Source: Eledone cirrhosa
Taxonomy: Eukaryota
Length of the DNA: 64,000 bases
Assembly (NCBI GenBank): GCA_964016885.1
Contig: OZ024744.1
Coordinates: forward strand, 132,308,001 to 132,372,000
Direction of reading: 5' to 3'
The notes below the pieces were generated by a model, which had not been told where the DNA came from, searched no databases, and saw only the letters and a list, made by a program, of their open reading frames with translations. Below are positions 41,038-53,241 of the stretch, one piece after another. The position numbers were made by a program, and so were the translations under genes. How positions within the stretch are numbered: the stretch's first letter is position 1; every line of letters begins with the position of its first letter.

Positions 41038-44000
41038 AGTCGGAGTTAAGTTAAGTTGGGGTTAAGTTAAGTTAGGCTTAACTTAAGTTGGGGTTAAGTT
41101 AAGTTGGGGGTAAGTTAAGTTGGGGGTAAGTTAAGTTGGGGTTAAGTTAAGTTGGGGTTAAGATAAGTGGTGGTTATGTTAAGTTGAGGTTAAGTTAAGT
41201 TAGGGTTAAATTAAGTTGGGGTTAAGTTAAGTTGGGTGTAAGTTAAGTTGGGGTTGAGTGAAGTTGGGGTTAAGTTAAGTTGGGGTTAAGTAGAGTTGGG
41301 GTTAAGTTAAGTTGGGGTTAAGTTAAGTTGGTGTTAAGTTGGGGTTAAGTTAAGTTGGGGTTAAGTTGGGGTTAAGTTAAGTGGTGGTTATGTTAAGTTG
41401 AGGTTAAGTTAAGTTAGGGTTAAATTAAGTTGGGGTTAAGTTAAGTTGGGTGTAAGTTAAGTTGGGGTTGAGTGAAGTTGGGGTTAAGTTAAGTTGGGGT
41501 TAAGTAGAGTTGGGGTTAAGTTAAGTTGGGGTTAAGTTAAGTTGGTGTTAAGTTGGGGTTAAGTTAAGTTGGGGTTAAGTTGGGGTTAAGTTAAGTGGTG
41601 GTTATGTTAAGTTGGGGTTAACTTAAGTTGGGGTTAATTTAAATTGGGGTTAAGTTAACTTTGTGGTTAAGTTAAGTTGGGGTTAAGTTAAGTTGGGGTT
41701 AAATTAAGTTGGGGTTGAGTGAAGTTGGGGTTAAGTTAAGTTGGGGTTAAGTTAAGTTGGGGTTAACTTAAGTTGGGTTTAAGTTAAGTTGCGGTTAAGT
41801 TAAGTTGGGGTTAAGTTAAGTTGGGGTTAATTTAAGTCGGGGTTAATTTAAGTTGGGGTTGAGTTAAGTTGGGGTTAATTTAAGTTGAGGTTATGTTAAG
41901 TTGGGGTTAATTTAAGTTGGCGTTAAGTTAAGTTGGGGTTAAGTTAAGTTGGGGTTAATTTAAGTTGGGATTAAGTTCAGTTGGGGTTAAATTAAGTTGG
42001 GGTTAAGTTAAGCTGGGGTTAAATTAAGTTGGGGTTAAGTTAAGTTGGGGTTAAGTTAAGTTGGGGTTAAGTTAAGTTAGGGTTAATTTAAGTTGGGGTT
42101 ATGTTAAGTTGGGGTTAAGTTAAGTTGGGGTTAAGTCGAGTTGGGGTTAAGTTAAGTTGGGGTTAGTTAAGTTGAGTTTAAGTTAAGTTGGGGTTAATTT
42201 AAGTTGGGGTTAAGTTAAGTTGGGGTTCAGTTAAGTTGGGGTTAAGTTAAGTTGGTTTAAGTTAAGTTGGGGTTAGGTTAAGTTGGGGATAAGTTAAGTT
42301 GGGGATAAGGTAAGTTGGGGTTAAGTTAAGTTGGGTTTAAGTTAAGTTGGGGTTAAGTTAAGTTAGGCTTAACTTAAGTTGGGGTTAAGTTAAGTTGGGG
42401 GTAAATTAAGTTGGGGGTTAGTTAAGTTGGGGTTCAGTTAAGTTGGGGTTAAGTTAAGTGGTGGTTATGTTAAGTTGGGGTTAAGTTAAGTTGGGGTTAA
42501 ATTAAGTTGGGGTTAAGTTATGTTGGGTGTAAGTTAAGTTGGGGTTGAGTGAAGTTGGGGTTAAGTTAAGTTGGGGTTAAGTTAAGTTAGGGTTAATTTA
42601 AGTTGGGGTTATGTTAAGTTGGGGTTAAGTTAAGTTGGGGTTAAGTAGAGTTGGGGTTAAGTTAAGTTGGGGTTAAGTTAAGTTGGTGTTAAGTTGGGGT
42701 TAAGTTAAGTTGGGGTTAAGTTAAGTCGGAGTTAAGTTAAGTTGGGGTTGAGTTAAGTTGGGGTTAATTTAAGTTGAGGTTATGTTAAGTTGGGGTTAAT
42801 TTAAGTTGGGGTTAATTTAAGTTGGGGTTAAGTTAAGTTGGGGTTAAGTTGAGGTTAAGTTAAGTTGTGGTTAAGTTAAGTTGGGGCTAAGTTAAGTTGG
42901 GGCTAAGTTAAGTTGGGGCTAAGTTAAGTTGGGGTTAAGTTAAGTTGGGGTTAAGTTAAGTTGGGTTTAATTTAAGTTGGGGTCAACTTAAGTTGGGGTT
43001 AAGTTGAGTTGGGGTTAAATTAAGTTGGGGTTAATTTAAGTTGGGGCTAAGTTAAGTTGGGGCTGAGTTAAGTTGGGGTTAAGTTAAGTTGGGGTTAAGT
43101 TAAGTTGGGGTTAAGTTAATTTTGGGTTAAGTTAAGTTGTGTTTCAGTTAAGTTGGGGTTAAGTTAAGTTTGGGTTAATTTGGGGTTAAATTAAGTTGGG
43201 GTTAAGTTAAGTTGGGGTTAAGTTAAGTTGGGGTTAAGTTAAGTTGGGGTTAATTTAAGTTGGGGTTAAGTTAAGTCGGGGTTAAGTTAAGTCGGTGTTA
43301 AGTTAAGTTAGGGTTAAGTTAAGTTGGGGTTAAGTTAAGTTGGCTTTAAGTTAAGCTGGGGTTAAGTTAAGTTGGGGTTAAATTAAGTTGGGGTTAAGTT
43401 AAGTTGGGGTTAGGTTAAGTTTGGGTTAGGTTAAGTTGGGGTTAAATTAAGTTGGGGTTAAGTTAAGTTGGGGTTAAGTTAAGTTGGGGTTAGGTTAAGT
43501 TGGGGATAAGTTAAGTTGGGGATAATTTAAGTTGGGGTTAAGTTAAGTTGGGTTTAAGTTAAGCTGGGGTTAAGTTAAGTTGGGGTTAAATTAAGTTGGG
43601 GTTAAGTTAAGTTGGGGTTAAGTTAAATTTGGGTTAGGTTAAGTTGGGGATTAGTTAAGTTGGGGATAAGTTAAGTTGGGGTTAAGTTAAGTTGGGTTTA
43701 AGTTAAGTTGTGGTTAAGTTAAGTTGGGGTTAAGTTAAGTTGGGGGTTAAGTTAAGTTGGGGTTAGGTTAAGTTGGGGATAAGTTAAGTTGGGGATAATT
43801 TAAGTTGGGGTTAAGTTAAGTTGGGTTTAAGTTAAGCTGGGGTTAAGTTAAGTTGGGGTTAAATTAAGTTGGGTTTAAGTTAAGTTGGGGTTAAGTTAAG
43901 TCGGGGTTAAGTTAAGTTGGGGTTGAGTTAAGTTGGGGTTATTTTAAGTTGAGGTTATGTTAAGTTGGGGTTAATTTAAGTTGGGGTTAAGTTAAGTTGG

Positions 44001-44970
44001 GGTTAATTTAAGTTGGGGTTAAGTTCAGTTGGGGTTAATTTAAGTTGGGGTTAAGTTAAGTTGGGTTTAAGTTAAGTTGGGGTTAAGTTAAGTTGGGGTT
44101 AAGTTAAGTTGGGTTTAAGTTAAGTTGGGGCTAAGTTAAGTTGGGTCTAATTTGAGTTGGGGTTAAGTTAAGTTGGGGTTAAGTTAAGTTGAGGTTAAAT
44201 TAAGTTGGGGTTAATTAAGTTGGGGTTAAGTTAAGTTGGGGTTAAGTTAAGTTGAGGTTAAGTTAACTTGGGGTTAAGTTAAGTTGGGGTTAAGTTAAGT
44301 TGGGGTTGAGTTAAGTTGGGGTTGAGTTAAGTTGGGGTTAAGTTAAGTTGGGGTTAAGTTAAGTTGGGGTTAAGTTAAGTTGGGGTTAATTTAAGTTCGG
44401 GTTAAGTTAAGTTCGGGGTAAGCTAAGTTGGGGTTAAGTTAAATCGGGTCTAAGTTAAGTGGGAGGTTAAGTTAAGTTGGGGTTGAGTTAAGTTGTGGTT
44501 AAGTTAACTTGGGGTTAAGTTAAGTTAAGTTTGAGTTAAGTTGGGGTTAAGTTGGGGTTAAGTTAAGTTGGGGTTAAGTTACGTTGGGGTTAAGTTAAGT
44601 TGGGGTTAAGTTGAGGTTAAGTTAAGTTGTGGTTAAGTTAAGTTGGGGCTAAGTTAAGTTGGGGCTAAGTTAAGTTGGGGTTAAGTTAAGTTGGGGTTAA
44701 TTTAAGTTGGGGTTAGGTTAAGTTGGGGATAAGTTAAGTTGGGGATAAGTTAAGTTGGCGTTAAGTTAAGTTGGGTTTACGTTAAGCTGGGGTTAAGTTA
44801 AGTTGGGGTTAAATTAAGTTGGGGTTAAGTTAAGTTTGGGTTAGGTTAAGTTGGGGATAAGTTAAGTTGGGGATAAGTTAAGTTGGGGTTAAGTTAAGTT
44901 GGGTTTAAGTTAAGTTGGGGTTAAGTTAAGTTGGGGTTAAGTTAAGTTGGGGTTAGGTTAAGTTGGGGTT

Positions 44971-45107
44971 AACCCCAACTTAACTTAACCCCAACTTAAC
45001 TTAACCCCAACTTAACTTAACCCTAACTTAACTTAACCCCGACTTAACGTAAGCCCGACTTAACTTAACCCCATCTTAACTTACCCCCAAACTTAACTTA
45101 ACCCCAA
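44971..45107 (-). repeat. Inverted 16-mer segment 4 (short type)
   Basis: Same junctions. Carries the private variant ACGTAAGCCCGAC, shared with segment 7. Confidence 0.92.
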
Positions 45108-46384
45108 AGTCGGAGTTAAGTTGGGGTTAAGTTAAGTTGGGGTTAAGTTAAGTGGTGGTTATGTTAAGTTGGGGTTAAGTTAAGTTGGGGTTAAATTAAG
45201 TTGGGGTTAAGTTAAGTTGGGTGTAAGTTAAGTTGGGGTTGAGTGAAGTTGGGGTTAAGTTAAGTTGGGGTTAAGTAGAGTTGGGGTTAAGTTAAGTTGG
45301 GGTTAAGTTAAGTTGGTGTTAAGTTGGGGTTAAGTTAAGTTGGGGTTAAGTTAAGTTGGGGTTGAGTGAAGTTGGGGTTAAGTTAAGTTGGGGTTAAATT
45401 AATTTGGGGTTAACTTAAGTTGGGTTTAAGTTAAGTTGCGGTTAAGTTAAGTTGGGGTTAAGTTAAGTTGGGGTTAAGTTAAGTCGGGGTTAAGTTAAGT
45501 TGGGGTTGAGTTAAGTTGGGGTTATTTTAAGTTGAGGTTATGTTAAGTTGGGGTTAATTTAAGTTGGGGTTAAGTTAAGTTGGGGTTAATTTAAGTTGGG
45601 GTTAAGTTCAGTTGGGGTTAATTTAAGTTGGGGTTAAGTTAAGTTGGGTTTAAGTTAAGTTGGGGTTAAGTTAAGTTGGGGTTAAGTTAAGTTGGGTTTA
45701 AGTTAAGTTGGGGCTAAGTTAAGTTGGGTCTAATTTGAGTTGGGGTTAAGTTAAGTTGGGGTTAAGTTAAGTTGAGGTTAAATTAAGTTGGGGTTAATTA
45801 AGTTGGGGTTAAGTTAAGTTGGGGTTAAGTTAAGTTGAGGTTAAGTTAACTTGGGGTTAAGTTAAGTTGGGGTTAAGTTAAGTTGGGGTTGAGTTAAGTT
45901 GGGGTTGAGTTAAGTTGGGGTTAAGTTAAGTTGGGGTTAGGTTAAGTTGGGGATAAGTTAAGTTGGGGATAAGTTAAGTTGGGGTTAAGTTAAGTTGGGT
46001 TTAAGTTAAGTTGGGGTTAAGTTAAGTTGGGGTTAAGTTAAGTTGGGGTTAAGTTAAGTTGCGGTTAGTTAAGTTGAGTTTAAGTTAAGTTGGGGTTAAT
46101 TTAAGTTGGGGTTAAGTTAAGTTGGGGTTCAGTTAAGTTGGGGTTAAGTCAAGTTGGGGTTAAGTTAAGTTGGGGTTAAGTTAAGTTGGGGTTAGGTTAA
46201 GTTGGGGATAATTTAAGTTGGGGATAAGCTAAGTTGGGGTTAAGTTAAGTTGGGTTTAAGTTAAGTTGGGGTTAAGTTAAGTTGGGGTTAAATTAAGTTG
46301 GGGTTAAGTTAAGCTGGGGTTAAATTAAGTTGGGGTTATGTTAAGTTGGGGTTAAGTTAAGTTGGGGTTAGTTTAAGTGGGGTT

Positions 46385-46729
46385 AACCCCAACTTAACTT
46401 AACCCCAACTTAACTTAACCCCAACTTCACTCAACCCCAACTTAAATTAACCCCAACTTCACTCAACCCCAACTTAACTCAACCCCAACTTAAATTAACC
46501 CCAACTTAACTTAACCCTGACTTAACTTAACCCCGACTTAACTTAACCCCGACTTAACTTAACCCCAACTTAACTTAAACCCCAACTTAACTTAACCCCA
46601 ACTTAACTTAACCCCAACTTGACTTAACCCCAACTTAACTCACACCCAACTTAACTTACCCCCAACTTAACTTAACCACAACTTGACGTAAACCCAACTT
46701 AACTTAACCCCAACTTAACTTAACCCCAA
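46385..46729 (-). repeat. Inverted 16-mer segment 5
   Basis: Same junctions. Near-identical to segments 2 and 8 (shared CCACAACTTGACGTAAACCC). Confidence 0.92.
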
Positions 46730-47388
46730 AGTCGGAGTTCAGTTAAGTTGGGGTTCAGTTGAGTTAGGCTTAACTTAAGTTGGGGTTAAGTTAAGTTGGG
46801 GGTAAGTTAAGTTGGGGGTAAGTTAAGTTGGGGTTAAGTTAAGTTGGGGTTAAGTTGGGGTTAAGTTAAGTTAGGGTTAAGTTAAGTTGGGGTTGAGTTA
46901 AGTTGGGGTTAAGTTAAGTGGTGTTTATGTTAAGTTGGGGTTAAGTTAAGTTGGGGTTAAATTAAGTGGGGTTAACTTAAGTTGGGTGTAAGTTAAGGTG
47001 GGGTTGAGTGAAGTTGGGGTTAAGTTAAGTTGGGGTTAAGTTAAGTTAGGGTTAATTTAAGTTGGGGTTATGTTAAGTTGGTGTTAAGTTAAGTTGGGGT
47101 TAAGTCGAGTTGGGGTTAAGTTAAGTTGGGGTTAAGTTAAATTGGTGTTAAGTTAAGTTGGGGTTAAGTTAAGTTGGGGTTAGTTAAGTTGAGTTTAAGT
47201 TAAGTTGGGGTTAATTTAAGTTGGGGTTAAGTTAAGTTGGGGTTCAGTTAAGTTGGGGTTAAGTTAAGTTGGGGTTGAGTTAAGTTGTGGTTAAGTTAAG
47301 TTGGGGTTAGGTTAAGTTGGGGTTAAGTTAAGCTGGGGTTAAATTAAGTTGGGGTTAAGTTAAGTTGGGGTTAGGTTAAGTTGGGGTT

Positions 47389-47685
47389 AACCCCAACTTA
47401 ACTTAACCCCAACTTAACTTAACCCCAACTTCACTCAACCCCAACTTAACTTAACCCCAACTTCACTCAACCCCAACTTAACTCAACCCCAACTTAACTT
47501 AACCCCAACTTAACTTAACCCTAACTTAACTTAACCCCGACTTAAACTTAACCCCGACTTAACTTAACCCCAACTTAACTTAACCCCAACTTAACTTAAC
47601 CCCAACTTAACTTAATCCCAACTTGACTTAACCCCAACTTAACTCACACCCAACTTAACTTACCCCCAACTTAACTTAACCCCAA
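47389..47685 (-). repeat. Inverted 16-mer segment 6
   Basis: Same junctions. Related to segments 3 and 9 (shared GACTTAAACTTAA and TAATCCC). Confidence 0.92.
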
Positions 47686-50558
47686 AGTCGGAGTTAAGTT
47701 AAGTTGGGGTTAAGTTAAGTTAGGCTTAACTTAAGTTGGGGTTAAGTTAAGTTGGGGGTAAGTTAAGTTGGGGGTAAGTTAAGTTGGGGTTAAGTTAAGT
47801 TGGGGTTAAGATAAGTGGTGGTTATGTTAAGTTGAGGTTAAGTTAAGTTAGGGTTAAATTAAGTTGGGGTTAAGTTAAGTTGGGTGTAAGTTAAGTTGGG
47901 GTTGAGTGAAGTTGGGGTTAAGTTAAGTTGGGGTTAAGTAGAGTTGGGGTTAAGTAAAGTTGGGGTTAAGTTAAGTTGGTGTTAAGTTGGGGTTAAGTTG
48001 GGGTTAAGTTAAGTGGTGGTTATGTTAAGTTGGGGTTAAATTAAGTTGGGGTTAATTTAAATTGGGGTTAAGTTAACTTTGTGGTTAAGTTAAGTTGGGG
48101 TTAAGTTAAGTTGGGGTTAAATTAAGTTGGGGTTGAGTGAAGTTGGGGTTAAGTTAAGTTGGGGTTAAGTTAAGTTAGGGTTAATTTAAGTTGGGGTTAT
48201 GTTAAGTTGGGGTTAAGTTAAGTTGGGGTTAAGTAGAGTTGGGGTTAAGTTAAGTTGGGGTTAAGTTAAGTTGGTGTTAAGTTGGGGTTAAGTTAAGTTG
48301 GGGTTAAGTTAAGTCGGAGTTAAGTTAAGTTGGGGTTGAGTTAAGTTGGGGTTAATTTAAGTTGAGGTTATGTTAAGTTGGGGTTAATTTAAGTTGGGGT
48401 TAATTTAAGTTGGGGTTAAGTTAAGTTGGGGTTAAGTTGAGGTTAAGTTAAGTTGTGGTTAAGTTAAGTTGGGGCTAAATTAAGTTGGGGCTAAGTTAAG
48501 TTGGGGCTAAGTTAAGTTGGGGTTAAGTTAAGTTGGGGTTAAGTTAAGTTGGGTTTAATTTAAGTTGGGGTCAACTTAAGTTGGGGTTAAGTTGAGTTGG
48601 GGTTAAATTAAGTTGGGGTTAATTTAAGTTGGGGCTAAGTTAAGTTGGGGCTGAGTTAAGTTGGGGTTAAGTTAAGTTGGGGTTAAGTTAAGTTGGGGTT
48701 AAGTTAATTTTGGGTTAAGTTAAGTTGTGTTTCAGTTAAGTTGGGGTTAAGTTAAGTTTGGGTTAATTTGGGGTTAAATTAAGTTGGGGTTAAGTTAAGT
48801 TGGGGTTAAGTTAAGTTGGGGTTAAGTTAAGTTGGGGTTAATTTAAGTTGGGGTTAAGTTAAGTCGGGGTTAAGTTAAGTCGGTGTTAAGTTAAGTTAGG
48901 GTTAAGTTAAGTTGGGGTTAAGTTAAGTTGGCTTTAAGTTAAGCTGGGGTTAAGTTAAGTTGGGGTTAAATTAAGTTGGGGTTAAGTTAAGTTGGGGTTA
49001 GGTTAAGTTTGGGTTAGGTTAAGTTGGGGTTAAATTAAGTTGGGGTTAAGTTAAGTTGGGGTTAAGTTAAGTTGGGGTTAGGTTAAGTTGGGGATAAGTT
49101 AAGTTGGGGATAATTTAAGTTGGGGTTAAGTTAAGTTGGGTTTAAGTTAAGCTGGGGTTAAGTTAAGTTGGGGTTAAATTAAGTTGGGGTTAAGTTAAGT
49201 TGGGGTTAAGTTAAATTTGGGTTAGGTTAAGTTGGGGATTAGTTAAGTTGGGGATAAGTTAAGTTGGGGTTAAGTTAAGTTGGGTTTAAGTTAAGTTGTG
49301 GTTAAGTTAAGTTGGGGTTAAGTTAAGTTGGGGGTTAAGTTAAGTTGGGGTTAGGTTAAGTTGGGGATAAGTTAAGTTGGGGATAATTTAAGTTGGGGTT
49401 AAGTTAAGTTGGGTTTAAGTTAAGCTGGGGTTAAGTTAAGTTGGGGTTAAATTAAGTTGGGTTTAAGTTAAGTTGGGGTTAAGTTAAGTCGGGGTTAAGT
49501 TAAGTTGGGGTTGAGTTAAGTTGGGGTTATTTTAAGTTGAGGTTATGTTAAGTTGGGGTTAATTTAAGTTGGGGTTAAGTTAAGTTGGGGTTAATTTAAG
49601 TTGGGGTTAAGTTCAGTTGGGGTTAATTTAAGTTGGGGTTAAGTTAAGTTGGGTTTAAGTTAAGTTGGGGTTAAGTTAAGTTGGGGTTAAGTTAAGTTGG
49701 GTTTAAGTTAAGTTGGGGCTAAGTTAAGTTGGGTCTAATTTGAGTTGGGGTTAAGTTAAGTTGGGGTTAAGTTAAGTTGAGGTTAAATTAAGTTGGGGTT
49801 AATTAAGTTGGGGTTAAGTTAAGTTGGGGTTAAGTTAAGTTGAGGTTAAGTTAACTTGGGGTTAAGTTAAGTTGGGGTTAAGTTAAGTTGGGGTTGAGTT
49901 AAGTTGGGGTTGAGTTAAGTTGGGGTTAAGTTAAGTTGGGGTTAAGTTAAGTTGGGGTTAAGTTAAGTTGGGGTTAATTTAAGTTCGGGTTAAGTTAAGT
50001 TCGGGGTAAGCTAAGTTGGGGTTAAGTTAAATCGGGTCTAAGTTAAGTGGGAGGTTAAGTTAAGTTGGGGTTGAGTTAAGTTGTGGTTAAGTTAACTTGA
50101 GGTTAAGTTAAGTTAAGTTTGAGTTAAGTTGGGGTTAAGTTGGGGTTAAGTTAAGTTGGGGTTAAGTTACGTTGGGGTTAAGTTAAGTTGGGGTTAAGTT
50201 GAGGTTAAGTTAAGTTGTGGTTAAGTTAAGTTGGGGCTAAGTTAAGTTGGGGCTAAGTTAAGTTGGGGTTAAGTTAAGTTGGGGTTAATTTAAGTTGGGG
50301 TTAGGTTAAGTTGGGGATAAGTTAAGTTGGGGATAAGTTAAGTTGGGGTTAAGTTAAGTTGGGTTTACGTTAAGCTGGGGTTAAGTTAAGTTGGGGTTAA
50401 ATTAAGTTGGGGTTAAGTTAAGTTTGGGTTAGGTTAAGTTGGGGATAAGTTAAGTTGGGGATAAGTTAAGTTGGGGTTAAGTTAAGTTGGGTTTAAGTTA
50501 AGTTGGGGTTAAGTTAAGTTGGGGTTAAGTTAAGTTGGGGTTAGGTTAAGTTGGGGTT

Positions 50559-50695
50559 AACCCCAACTTAACTTAACCCCAACTTAACTTAACCCCAACT
50601 TAACTTAACCCTAACTTAACTTAACCCCGACTTAACGTAAGCCCGACTTAACTTAACCCCATCTTAACTTACCCCCAAACTTAACTTAACCCCAA
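50559..50695 (-). repeat. Inverted 16-mer segment 7
   Basis: Copy of segment 4 at offset 5,588. Confidence 0.92.
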
Positions 50696-51972
50696 AGTCG
50701 GAGTTAAGTTGGGGTTAAGTTAAGTTGGGGTTAAGTTAAGTGGTGGTTATGTTAAGTTGGGGTTAAGTTAAGTTGGGGTTAAATTAAGTTGGGGTTAAGT
50801 TAAGTTGGGTGTAAGTTAAGTTGGGGTTGAGTGAAGTTGGGGTTAAGTTAAGTTGGGGTTAAGTAGAGTTGGGGTTAAGTTAAGTTGGGGTTAAGTTAAG
50901 TTGGTGTTAAGTTGGGGTTAAGTTAAGTTGGGGTTAAGTTAAGTTGGGGTTGAGTGAAGTTGGGGTTAAGTTAAGTTGGGGTTAAATTAATTTGGGGTTA
51001 ACTTAAGTTGGGTTTAAGTTAAGTTGCGGTTAAGTTAAGTTGGGGTTAAGTTAAGTTGGGGTTAAGTTAAGTCGGGGTTAAGTTAAGTTGGGGTTGAGTT
51101 AAGTTGGGGTTATTTTAAGTTGAGGTTATGTTAAGTTGGGGTTAATTTAAGTTGGGGTTAAGTTAAGTTGGGGTTAATTTAAGTTGGGGTTAAGTTCAGT
51201 TGGGGTTAATTTAAGTTGGGGTTAAGTTAAGTTGGGTTTAAGTTAAGTTGGGGTTAAGTTAAGTTGGGGTTAAGTTAAGTTGGGTTTAAGTTAAGTTGGG
51301 GCTAAGTTAAGTTGGGTCTAATTTGAGTTGGGGTTAAGTTAAGTTGGGGTTAAGTTAAGTTGAGGTTAAATTAAGTTGGGGTTAATTAAGTTGGGGTTAA
51401 GTTAAGTTGGGGTTAAGTTAAGTTGAGGTTAAGTTAACTTGGGGTTAAGTTAAGTTGGGGTTAAGTTAAGTTGGGGTTGAGTTAAGTTGGGGTTGAGTTA
51501 AGTTGGGGTTAAGTTAAGTTGGGGTTAGGTTAAGTTGGGGATAAGTTAAGTTGGGGATAAGTTAAGTTGGGGTTAAGTTAAGTTGGGTTTAAGTTAAGTT
51601 GGGGTTAAGTTAAGTTGGGGTTAAGTTAAGTTGGGGTTAAGTTAAGTTGCGGTTAGTTAAGTTGAGTTTAAGTTAAGTTGGGGTTAATTTAAGTTGGGGT
51701 TAAGTTAAGTTGGGGTTCAGTTAAGTTGGGGTTAAGTCAAGTTGGGGTTAAGTTAAGTTGGGGTTAAGTTAAGTTGGGGTTAGGTTAAGTTGGGGATAAT
51801 TTAAGTTGGGGATAAGCTAAGTTGGGGTTAAGTTAAGTTGGGTTTAAGTTAAGTTGGGGTTAAGTTAAGTTGGGGTTAAATTAAGTTGGGGTTAAGTTAA
51901 GCTGGGGTTAAATTAAGTTGGGGTTATGTTAAGTTGGGGTTAAGTTAAGTTGGGGTTAGTTTAAGTGGGGTT

Positions 51973-52317
51973 AACCCCAACTTAACTTAACCCCAACTTA
52001 ACTTAACCCCAACTTCACTCAACCCCAACTTAAATTAACCCCAACTTCACTCAACCCCAACTTAACTCAACCCCAACTTAAATTAACCCCAACTTAACTT
52101 AACCCTGACTTAACTTAACCCCGACTTAACTTAACCCCGACTTAACTTAACCCCAACTTAACTTAAACCCCAACTTAACTTAACCCCAACTTAACTTAAC
52201 CCCAACTTGACTTAACCCCAACTTAACTCACACCCAACTTAACTTACCCCCAACTTAACTTAACCACAACTTGACGTAAACCCAACTTAACTTAACCCCA
52301 ACTTAACTTAACCCCAA
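51973..52317 (-). repeat. Inverted 16-mer segment 8
   Basis: Copy of segment 5 at offset 5,588. Confidence 0.92.
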
Positions 52318-52976
52318 AGTCGGAGTTCAGTTAAGTTGGGGTTCAGTTGAGTTAGGCTTAACTTAAGTTGGGGTTAAGTTAAGTTGGGGGTAAGTTAAGT
52401 TGGGGGTAAGTTAAGTTGGGGTTAAGTTAAGTTGGGGTTAAGTTGGGGTTAAGTTAAGTTAGGGTTAAGTTAAGTTGGGGTTGAGTTAAGTTGGGGTTAA
52501 GTTAAGTGGTGTTTATGTTAAGTTGGGGTTAAGTTAAGTTGGGGTTAAATTAAGTGGGGTTAACTTAAGTTGGGTGTAAGTTAAGGTGGGGTTGAGTGAA
52601 GTTGGGGTTAAGTTAAGTTGGGGTTAAGTTAAGTTAGGGTTAATTTAAGTTGGGGTTATGTTAAGTTGGTGTTAAGTTAAGTTGGGGTTAAGTCGAGTTG
52701 GGGTTAAGTTAAGTTGGGGTTAAGTTAAATTGGTGTTAAGTTAAGTTGGGGTTAAGTTAAGTTGGGGTTAGTTAAGTTGAGTTTAAGTTAAGTTGGGGTT
52801 AATTTAAGTTGGGGTTAAGTTAAGTTGGGGTTCAGTTAAGTTGGGGTTAAGTTAAGTTGGGGTTGAGTTAAGTTGTGGTTAAGTTAAGTTGGGGTTAGGT
52901 TAAGTTGGGGTTAAGTTAAGCTGGGGTTAAATTAAGTTGGGGTTAAGTTAAGTTGGGGTTAGGTTAAGTTGGGGTT

Positions 52977-53241
52977 AACCCCAACTTAACTTAACCCCAA
53001 CTTAACTTAACCCCAACTTCACTCAACCCCAACTTAACTTAACCCCAACTTCACTCAACCCCAACTTAACTCAACCCCAACTTAACTTAACCCCAACTTA
53101 ACTTAACCCTAACTTAACTTAACCCCGACTTAAACTTAACCCCGACTTAACTTAACCCCAACTTAACTTAACCCCAACTTAACTTAACCCCAACTTAACT
53201 TAATCCCAACTTAACTTACCCCCAACTTAACTTAACCCCAA
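52977..53241 (-). repeat. Inverted 16-mer segment 9
   Basis: Copy of segment 6 at offset 5,588, with a two-unit (32-bp) deletion near 53210. Confidence 0.92.
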